Of a DNA stretch of 64,000 nt, positions 28,372 to 35,304 are shown piece after piece. This DNA comes from Spirochaetia bacterium (GTDB lineage: Bacteria > Spirochaetota > Spirochaetia > CADAEX01). The notes beneath the pieces are model-generated. The model made no database searches. It was not told the DNA's origin and saw nothing but the letters and a program-made list of their open reading frames with translations. Numbering within the stretch: the stretch's first letter is position 1; every line of letters begins with the position of its first letter. The translations under genes were made by a program, and so were the position numbers. The stretch spans positions 13,661 through 77,660 of the forward strand of contig JAGCPA010000077.1 in assembly GCA_017642445.1 (NCBI GenBank), written 5' to 3'.

Positions 28372-28608
28372 ATGCCAATCGATAAGACAAAAATAACAAA
28401 AGAGATGCTTGAGAAAGCAGCAAAGTGCAAGACTGCTGATGAACTGATTGCTCTGGCCAAGTCCGAAGGCGTTGACCTTACAAAAAATGAAGCTGTGGCT
28501 TATCTTGAAGAACTCCAGAATGTGGAACTGGATGAAAAGGCCCTGGATAAGGTAGCTGGCGGTGGCTGTTATCCAGATTGTCCAAAAGATTATTGCTTTG
28601 AAAATTGA
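28372..28608 (+). CDS. Nif11-like-leader RiPP/bacteriocin precursor with a Gly-Gly motif and a 13-aa three-Cys core
   Basis: 78 aa. The leader ITKEMLEKAAKCKTADELIALAKSEGVDLTKNEAVAYLEEL...ELDEKALDKVAGG fits the Nif11-type leader pattern. The core is (G)CYPDCPKDYCFEN. Confidence 0.7.
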   Translation: MPIDKTKITKEMLEKAAKCKTADELIALAKSEGVDLTKNEAVAYLEELQNVELDEKALDKVAGGGCYPDCPKDYCFEN

Positions 28609-28667
28609 TGCTTGACAGATAAGCAATTAAAGTCTCTTTTACTATTTATAACTGATTATGCGTTATA

Positions 28668-28693
28668 AAGCCCCTTAATCGGGGCTTTTTTTA
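28668..28693 (+). terminator. Rho-independent terminator after the RiPP gene
   Basis: AAGCCCC, loop ttaatc, GGGGCTT, followed by a T-run. Confidence 0.7.
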
Positions 28694-28696
28694 TTT

Positions 28697-28723
28697 CCTG
28701 TAGCATTATTTGACACACCCAGG
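28697..28723 (+). repeat. Left copy of an inverted repeat / promoter-like element
   Basis: CCTGTAGCATTATTTGACACACCCAGG. Its reverse complement matches 32421-32447 with a 16-nt perfect core (TCAAATAATGCTACAG) plus flanking matches. Confidence 0.6.
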
Positions 28724-28751
28724 CTGTAAAATGACTGCAGGAGGACAGTAT

Positions 28752-28868
28752 ATGGAGATAAGTTTCACCCTTACCCTGACAGATAACAGCATGGTAGCCT
28801 GTGTCGTCGGCCTTTCAGTCATATTCTTGATCGTATTCGGGTTTAAGGCCTTACGAGAAACGAAATAA
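28752..28868 (+). CDS. 38-aa single-pass membrane peptide (unannotated small ORF)
   Basis: My own translation gives MEISFTLTLTDNSMVACVVGLSVIFLIVFGFKALRETK. A consensus AGGAGG SD lies 7 nt upstream. The ORF is too short for the ORF track. Confidence 0.45.
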   Translation: MEISFTLTLTDNSMVACVVGLSVIFLIVFGFKALRETK

Positions 28869-28904
28869 AGTTTTAGCAGAGAGGAATGCGGAAAGAATTA
28901 TTAA

Positions 28905-29105
28905 TTATAAAAGTCTTTCCATTGCGTCATTTTCATCGACAAACACAGTCTGCTCCTCGCCGCAACATATGGTATGAACTTCATAATTAATATCAGGGAA
29001 CCCAGCGCCTGCAAAATTTACATATTCAACTTTTGCATTATGCACACATTGCTCTTTATCACAATACCAATAGATAGTATCCCCTGCTCTGAACTTTGTC
29101 ATCAT
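28905..29105 (-). CDS. 66-aa Cys-containing protein of unknown function, translationally coupled to the DUF2075 gene
   Basis: An ATGA overlap (29102-29105) joins it to the upstream gene. Its AT-rich composition matches the partner gene. I recognise no family for it. Confidence 0.55.
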   Translation of the reverse strand: MMTKFRAGDTIYWYCDKEQCVHNAKVEYVNFAGAGFPDINYEVHTICCGEEQTVFVDENDAMERLL

Positions 29106-31150
29106 ATTATTTCTAGCCCAATCTGCCTTAAATATTCATAGGTTGGATCATAATACTCTAGTTTTCGTGTTTTATCTTTATTATTTCCTTCTGGAACAAC
29201 TATTATCATACCTTGGCGAGCTCTGGTTAATAAAACCCTATATGCATTCAGCTGATATTTTTTATCATCTTCTGCATTAATATGAAGCCATTTACCGCCT
29301 CTAAAAGCATAGTTTTGCCAACCGTTTCTTGAATACCGAAAATCTCCATCCCAAATCACACATGCCCAATCCAGCTCAAGACCTTGAATATCAAATTCTG
29401 TCGCTGCATCTTCAAGGAAAAGTGATGAACGAATATCCTCTTTGTCAGCTAAAAACCAATGTACTGTATCAGGATTTTGGCGAACATCAATAGCTAATGG
29501 CTTAAGTCTATTAGCTTTTGAAGATACTATCATTCCATAACGTTCGGAACCTCTTGCTTTTTTGACCAACCATTCTTTTGCTTTATCAAGTGAACGCGTT
29601 AGAATAATAGGATAAGTTGTCTTAATTTCATCATGTAAATTTTTAGCTTTTTGAATATTTAAATCAAGTAATTCATGAATAAAGTTTGATACTTTTTCTG
29701 ACCTGAATGAACGCATTGAAACAGCCAAATGTAAAGCTGAGTTTTCGACAACACTTTTATTATTTAATAAAAGTTGTTTTAATTTTCCGTCTGCATATTC
29801 TTTTTCTGTTAATTGATTTGAAATATATATTTTCCAATTAGGAAATCTTTCATCAAGAGAACGAATCCATTCAGAGATGCCAGCTTCTCCTGTATTTATT
29901 TCTTGCCCTCCACCAACTAGGCAAATAATTACTGCCCAATCAGGACGCTGGTCCAAAGACCAGATAAGGAACTCTGGTTCTGAAAATGGAAAACTATTTA
30001 TATGTTTTCTTCTTTTTAGCCAACGAAACAATTGCTCTTGAGTCCAAGCCCTTTGGGCCTCATCAAATATTGCAACATGTTCCACTTCTGCATATCCATC
30101 ACTCTTATTTTTCTTTATTTTTGTTTCATCGATTTCTATAGCTTTATTAACAATTGGAAATTTTATTTTTTCAAGAAATGTATTTCGATAATGATGAACA
30201 ATTTGAATAAAAGCACGTACCTCACGTCTCGCATCAGTAATCGAATATTTTTTCTTATTTTTCTGTTCCTCCTGTCGTTTTTTATCTCGAGCTAAAGCCT
30301 CAGAAAGAACACTTACAAGTGGTTGATTTCCAGAAAGATAAACTGCTAAATCTTTCTTATCATATTGTTCTATAGCAACTTGCAATCCGACTAATGTTTT
30401 TCCAGCACCAGGAACACCTGTCACAAAACAAATAGCTTTTTCTTTGCTTTGTCTTGTCTTTTCAATTATCTCTAATATGTATTTATTAGTTTTTACTAAA
30501 TTTTCTGCAGACGCCTCTGTTTTAATAATATCTTCAACAGTATGATTATTAAATAATACACTTGCTGCTTGAATAATTGTTGGAGTTGGGGAATATCTGC
30601 TGTTTGCCCATTCTAGAATATTATCACAGAAATTGTTTTCAGTTTTTTCTAGTATTTCCTTAATAATTGGATAAAGACTTTCTTCGTTAGAACAAATTGG
30701 TTCATAAACCTTATCATCATAATAACATGATAGATATTTATGTGATCGTTCTTTTGCCTTAGTTGCAACTAAAATTGGAACAATTACTTTATCATGACTT
30801 GCTTCATGGAAATTTTTAAGATCTAAAGCATAGTCCCAAACCTGTTCAATATCACTACGCAAATAATCTTTTTTACCGACTTTAAATTCCAATACAAATA
30901 TTATTCCATGGAAAACTAAAATAACATCAGCTCTTTTTCCTAGTCGAGGAATTGAATATTCAAATAATATTCGACCTTCAGAAAAATGGTTAACAATGTT
31001 TTTCATTATGATTATTTCATCAAGCCATGCTTCCATTTGTAGAGTATTAGAATCAAATGTATTTTCTCTTGCTATTTTCCCTAATATTTCATTTTCTGAT
31101 TGAGAAAGGAATTTAGAAAAAGAATCTTTGTAATAATATCGTTCCAACAT
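29102..31150 (-). CDS. DUF2075-type (Schlafen-helicase-like) P-loop NTPase with an N-terminal PD-(D/E)xK-like nuclease module
   Basis: 682 aa. The N-terminus has E64...D75...E88-F-K90 (GKRADVILVFHGIIFVLEFKVGK). Walker A is VTGVPGAGKT and Walker B is VAIFDEAQRAW. The C-terminal YRVLLTRARQGMIIV resembles the UvrD_C_2 region. Confidence 0.85.
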   Translation of the reverse strand: MLERYYYKDSFSKFLSQSENEILGKIARENTFDSNTLQMEAWLDEIIIMKNIVNHFSEGRILFEYSIPRLGKRADVILVFHGIIFVLEFKVGKKDYLRSDIEQVWDYALDLKNFHEASHDKVIVPILVATKAKERSHKYLSCYYDDKVYEPICSNEESLYPIIKEILEKTENNFCDNILEWANSRYSPTPTIIQAASVLFNNHTVEDIIKTEASAENLVKTNKYILEIIEKTRQSKEKAICFVTGVPGAGKTLVGLQVAIEQYDKKDLAVYLSGNQPLVSVLSEALARDKKRQEEQKNKKKYSITDARREVRAFIQIVHHYRNTFLEKIKFPIVNKAIEIDETKIKKNKSDGYAEVEHVAIFDEAQRAWTQEQLFRWLKRRKHINSFPFSEPEFLIWSLDQRPDWAVIICLVGGGQEINTGEAGISEWIRSLDERFPNWKIYISNQLTEKEYADGKLKQLLLNNKSVVENSALHLAVSMRSFRSEKVSNFIHELLDLNIQKAKNLHDEIKTTYPIILTRSLDKAKEWLVKKARGSERYGMIVSSKANRLKPLAIDVRQNPDTVHWFLADKEDIRSSLFLEDAATEFDIQGLELDWACVIWDGDFRYSRNGWQNYAFRGGKWLHINAEDDKKYQLNAYRVLLTRARQGMIIVVPEGNNKDKTRKLEYYDPTYEYLRQIGLEII

Positions 31151-31208
31151 GTTAATATTTTATTCCATTTATTGAAAAAAAACCACCAAAAAATTATACT
31201 TCTCCCAT

Positions 31209-31595
31209 ATGAAGATCATCCATGTAGTAGCAGCCATCATTATCAAGGACCACAAGCTCTTTGCCACCCAGCGGGGGTACGGCGAGTTCAAGGACGGCTG
31301 GGAGTTTCCCGGTGGCAAGGTGGAGCCTGGTGAGACTCCCCAGGATGCCCTAAAAAGGGAGATCCGGGAAGAACTGGCCACCGAGATAGAGGTGGGCGAC
31401 TACATCAGTACCATCGAATACGACTACCCCACTTTCCACCTCTCCATGGAATGCTATGCCTGCTCAATAATTTCCGGCAGGTTGGAACTTCTGGAGCACG
31501 AGAACGCAGCCTGGCTCTCAAAAGAGACTTTGCGTACAGTCTCTTGGCTCCCCGCCGACTTAAGTATTCTAGATAAAGTGGAAAAATTGCTTTAA
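31209..31595 (+). CDS. NUDIX hydrolase, MutT/NudG-like
   Basis: The Nudix box is GGKVEPGETPQDALKREIREELATEI. The protein is 128 aa. Confidence 0.9.
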   Translation: MKIIHVVAAIIIKDHKLFATQRGYGEFKDGWEFPGGKVEPGETPQDALKREIREELATEIEVGDYISTIEYDYPTFHLSMECYACSIISGRLELLEHENAAWLSKETLRTVSWLPADLSILDKVEKLL

Positions 31596-32393
31596 TTACC
31601 TCCCTATCGCTTTATCGAACCGGTCCAGCACCTCCATCATGTCTGGCATGATATAGTCCCGGCACTCGGCCATCAGCTTCTTGGGCATTCCGTAGAAAGC
31701 CTCGACAATACCGCCGGTGATGCAGGCCTGGGTGTCGGCATCGCCGCCTAAGGATACAGCAAGCCTTATGGCATCCTCGTAGTCCCTGCTGTCCAGGAAG
31801 GCCACTATCGCCTCGGGCACTGTCCCCTGGCAGGTCTCGTCGAACTCGTAGTCAGGCCTTATCTGGTCGCAGGTGCGTTCCAGGTTGTAGTCGAACTCCT
31901 TCTGGATGTAGTCCTTTATCTCATCCTTGCTCTTTCCTGTGCGGGCCAGGAAGATAGCTGCCGCTGTGGCATCTGCCCCGTCAATCCCGAAGGGATGGTT
32001 GTGGGTCACCTCCGCAGTCCACCGGGCCACCTTCCTGGTTGTCTCCAGTGTATCGTAAAGCCAGCCTGCAGCCGACACCCGCATGGCAGAACCGTTGCCA
32101 TAGCTGCCGTAAGGCTCGGTCATATCGGAGAAAAGCCAGTGGTGGAACCGTCCGCCGTACCCTGCGAAGGGATACTTTGCTCCCCACTTCTTGAAGCTCT
32201 TGATCAGGGCCTTCTTCACCTCTTCTTCCCCGGGATTCTTCCCGAACATCATAAGGGCTTCGGCCACCGCTATGGTCATCACCGAGTCGTCGGTGAACAT
32301 GGAATCGTCGGTTAAAAGAGGGAAATCTGTTGTCTCTATGGGGTCAAACTCGTAGGGAGATCCTACGATGTCGCCTAAAATTGCTCCGTACAT
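31596..32393 (-). CDS. ADP-ribosylglycohydrolase family protein
   Basis: MYGAILGDIVGSPYEFD, GNGSAMRVSAAGW and LGGDADTQACITGGIVEAFYG are the ARH/DraG-family motifs. Confidence 0.9.
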   Translation of the reverse strand: MYGAILGDIVGSPYEFDPIETTDFPLLTDDSMFTDDSVMTIAVAEALMMFGKNPGEEEVKKALIKSFKKWGAKYPFAGYGGRFHHWLFSDMTEPYGSYGNGSAMRVSAAGWLYDTLETTRKVARWTAEVTHNHPFGIDGADATAAAIFLARTGKSKDEIKDYIQKEFDYNLERTCDQIRPDYEFDETCQGTVPEAIVAFLDSRDYEDAIRLAVSLGGDADTQACITGGIVEAFYGMPKKLMAECRDYIMPDMMEVLDRFDKAIGR

Positions 32394-32420
32394 ATCTGCT
32401 CCTTTTTAAATAATATAACA

Positions 32421-32447
32421 CCTGGGGTGTCTCAAATAATGCTACAG
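32421..32447 (-). repeat. Right copy of the inverted repeat / promoter-like element
   Basis: On the minus strand it reads CTGTAGCATTATTTGAGACACCCCAGG. It lies 28-54 nt upstream of the ARH start. Confidence 0.6.
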
Positions 32448-32506
32448 ATGAAAAATAACAACATTTTTATAGACAATTTTTATATGCAGGAATAATATGA
32501 GGTTAT

Positions 32507-33802
32507 ATGGAACAGCGGCTCAAAGTTTCTTCCTTTCTAAAGTTCTGGGCACCACTTGCGCTCATGCAGGTCATCATGAACTTCGAGTTCCCTGCCATAA
32601 TCGCCTTCATATCCCGCATAGGAGATGCCAAGGAGAACCTGGCCATATTCACTGTGGTCACCTCTCTTTCCCTGCTCCTTGAGGGTGTCATAATCCAGAT
32701 GCTCTCCGCCGCCACAGCGCTCTGCGACAGCTGGAACAACTACCAGAGGGTAAAGCATTTCCTTCTTATAGTGCTGGGTCTGCTTGTCATCACCCATCTG
32801 TTCTGCATTCTTCCGGGGCCTTTCGACTTCATTGCCACCACGCTGCTCAAGCTGGAGCCTGATTATATAGAAAGCACACGGATAGCGTTCCTCCTTATGC
32901 TGCCCTGGGTACCGACCATAGGGGTGCGCCGTCTGTGGCAGGGTGTCCTGATACGCAACGGGAAGACCGGCCTGGTATCCATGATAACTGTCATAAGGAT
33001 AATTGTCTGCATAGCAGCGCTTGCAGTCATGCTCTCCTTCCGCAATGTGCCGGGCTGCTATGTGGCTTCCATCGCATTGAGCCTTGGTGTGACTTCCGGT
33101 GCCATATCTGCATATATCTTTGTCCGCCCGATCCTCAAGAAGCTGCGCGGTATAACATCGCCAAAGACCATGAGCTGGAAAGACCTCACCCTGTTCTATC
33201 TGCCGCTTGCCATGACATCGTTCGTGACCGAGGCAGACCGCCCTATAATCGCCGCAGGTATCTCGAGGGGACTTCTCCCCACAGAATCGCTTGCCGGATG
33301 GGGCGAGGTGATCTCCATAATCGCAGTCTTCCGCTCCCTCTGCTACTCGACACAGGAGGCATCCATAGCCCTTTTCAGCACCAAAGAAAATAATCAGGTG
33401 ATCCGCAAGGCTGTGTTCAGGATCTGCGCAGTTGTCTGCTCTGTATGCTTCTTCTGCATCTTTGTGCCGCCGGTGCGGGATTATATACTCATCAATATAT
33501 CAGGTCTTACCCAGGAGCTTGCCCAGATCTGCAGGGTGCCCCTCATGGTGATCTCGCTTACCCTATTCACATTCCCGGTGGTCGCATGGCTCCGCTCCTT
33601 GAACATCTACAACAGGACAACCCGCAATATCGGCTGGGCTGTCACTCTGAACCTGATAGCAGTGACCCTGGCAGTTGTTGTCATGGACAACTGCTTCTCC
33701 ATGCTGGGTCTTATGATCGGCGCAATAAGCTACATCTTCGCTATGACAGCTGAGTCCGGCTACTTGACATTCAAGAGAATAAGTAGTAATAATTCTTATT
33801 AA
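32507..33802 (+). CDS. Polytopic membrane protein, MATE/MOP-superfamily-like
   Basis: 431 aa with about 12 hydrophobic segments. The family call rests on the general pattern only. Its stop is 1 nt before the Fur-family gene. Confidence 0.5.
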   Translation: MEQRLKVSSFLKFWAPLALMQVIMNFEFPAIIAFISRIGDAKENLAIFTVVTSLSLLLEGVIIQMLSAATALCDSWNNYQRVKHFLLIVLGLLVITHLFCILPGPFDFIATTLLKLEPDYIESTRIAFLLMLPWVPTIGVRRLWQGVLIRNGKTGLVSMITVIRIIVCIAALAVMLSFRNVPGCYVASIALSLGVTSGAISAYIFVRPILKKLRGITSPKTMSWKDLTLFYLPLAMTSFVTEADRPIIAAGISRGLLPTESLAGWGEVISIIAVFRSLCYSTQEASIALFSTKENNQVIRKAVFRICAVVCSVCFFCIFVPPVRDYILINISGLTQELAQICRVPLMVISLTLFTFPVVAWLRSLNIYNRTTRNIGWAVTLNLIAVTLAVVVMDNCFSMLGLMIGAISYIFAMTAESGYLTFKRISSNNSY

Positions 33803-33803
33803 G

Positions 33804-34193
33804 ATGAAGGCACAGAGATATTCAAAGCAGCGCGAGCTGGTGCTGCGGACAGTCAAAGATCATCTTACTCACCCTACCGCCCTGGAGATTTACGGGCTGA
33901 CCCGGGAGAAAGACCCCACCATAAGCATGGGGACTGTATACCGGAACCTGAACCTTCTGGCCGAGCAGGGAAAGATACTGCAGATCAAGGTGCCAGGAGG
34001 AGCCGACCGCTTCGACGGCATAATAGAGCCCCACAACCACGCTGTGTGCACAAAATGCGGCATGGTCATGGACTACTGCTTCGACTTCGAGGACTTAAGC
34101 AGGTCGCTTGAGAAGAGCGGGTTCAAGTGCGAGGAGCTGAATATCACAGTGCGCGGAACTTGTAAAAACTGCCTGACAAAGGCTGATGAATAA
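33804..34193 (+). CDS. Fur-family regulator (PerR-like)
   Basis: [13 protein letters not shown]...HPTALEIY...[17 protein letters not shown]...[10 protein letters not shown]...CKNC. The genomic context with rubrerythrin supports a PerR-like role. Confidence 0.85.
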   Translation: MKAQRYSKQRELVLRTVKDHLTHPTALEIYGLTREKDPTISMGTVYRNLNLLAEQGKILQIKVPGGADRFDGIIEPHNHAVCTKCGMVMDYCFDFEDLSRSLEKSGFKCEELNITVRGTCKNCLTKADE

Positions 34194-34210
34194 ATATATG
34201 GAGGAAGGAA

Positions 34211-34777
34211 ATGGCTAAATTTGTATGCCCTGTTTGCGGCTATGTTTTTGAGGGAGACGCTGCACCTGCAGTATGCCCTGTATGTAAATATGCAGGACCA
34301 GACTGGAAGAAGGTGGAAGGCGAGATGAATTGGGCTGCTGAGCATGTTGTAGGCGTCGGAAAGAAGTTCGGACCAGATGTTCCGGCAGATGTTCAGGAGA
34401 AGATCATTGCAGGACTCAGATCAAACTTCGAGGGAGAGTGCTGCGAGGTTGGTATGTACCTGGCTATGGCACGTGTTGCCCACAGAGAAGGATATCCTGA
34501 GATCGGACTCTACTGGGAGAAGGCTGGACTTGAGGAGGCTGAGCATGCAGCCAAGTTCGCAGAGCTTCTGGGCGAGGTTGTGACCGACAGCACAAAGAAG
34601 AACCTGCAGATGAGAGTGGATGCCGAGAACGGCGCTACAGCTGGAAAAACTGATCTGGCTCTGCTGGCTAAGAAATACAACCTGGATGCAATCCATGACA
34701 CAGTTCACGAGATGGCACGGGATGAGGCCCGCCACGGAAAGGCACTGAAGGGTCTTCTTGACAGATACTTCAAATAA
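34211..34777 (+). CDS. Reverse rubrerythrin (N-terminal rubredoxin + ferritin-like di-iron domain)
   Basis: The rubredoxin fold at the N-terminus has CPVCGY...CPVCKY. The ExxH di-iron motifs are EEAEHAAKF and DEARHGKAL. Confidence 0.85.
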   Translation: MAKFVCPVCGYVFEGDAAPAVCPVCKYAGPDWKKVEGEMNWAAEHVVGVGKKFGPDVPADVQEKIIAGLRSNFEGECCEVGMYLAMARVAHREGYPEIGLYWEKAGLEEAEHAAKFAELLGEVVTDSTKKNLQMRVDAENGATAGKTDLALLAKKYNLDAIHDTVHEMARDEARHGKALKGLLDRYFK

Positions 34778-34796
34778 TCTGCTGCTTTATGCACGC

Positions 34797-34830
34797 AAAA
34801 GGCCAGGGTATACACTCTGGCCTTTTTTTA
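34797..34830 (+). terminator. Rho-independent terminator after the rubrerythrin gene
   Basis: A GGCCAG...CTGGCC stem followed by TTTTTTT. Confidence 0.6.
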
Positions 34831-34845
34831 TGTTATTTTATAAGT

Positions 34846-35304
34846 ATGAAAAAGATTCTAATCGAGTACCTGTACCTTGACCTCAAGACCTGTGAACGCT
34901 GTGTAAGCACAGATGCGGTGTTGGACAAGGTTGTGGAAGCGCTGGCTCCCGCTCTTAATCTTGCGGGATATCAGCTGGAATACCATAAGCAGGAGATTTC
35001 CACCCCTGAGCTTGCAAAGAAGTATCATTTCCTGTCATCCCCCACTGTCCGTGTGAACGGCATTGATATCTTCGGGAAGATCAAGGAGACAGGCTGCAGC
35101 TGCTGCGGAGAGATTGCAGGGACAGATGTGGACTGCAGGGCATATGACAACGCAGGGCAGACTGTCGAGGTCCCCACAGAGGAGATGATGGCAGATGCCA
35201 TTCTGCGGGCTGTTTATAATCCAGCCGGCTGCTCATGCGGGACATATAGGCTTCCTGGAAACTTAAAGCGGTTCTTCATCGGGAAAAAGAGAAAATCATT
35301 ATGA
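34846..35304 (+). CDS. DUF2703-like small Cys-rich (thioredoxin-fold-like) protein
   Basis: MKKILIEYLYLDLKTCERCVSTD fits the DUF2703 N-terminal pattern. ATG 34846 is preferred because the ORF-track start at 34789 lies inside the terminator. Confidence 0.55.
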   Translation: MKKILIEYLYLDLKTCERCVSTDAVLDKVVEALAPALNLAGYQLEYHKQEISTPELAKKYHFLSSPTVRVNGIDIFGKIKETGCSCCGEIAGTDVDCRAYDNAGQTVEVPTEEMMADAILRAVYNPAGCSCGTYRLPGNLKRFFIGKKRKSL

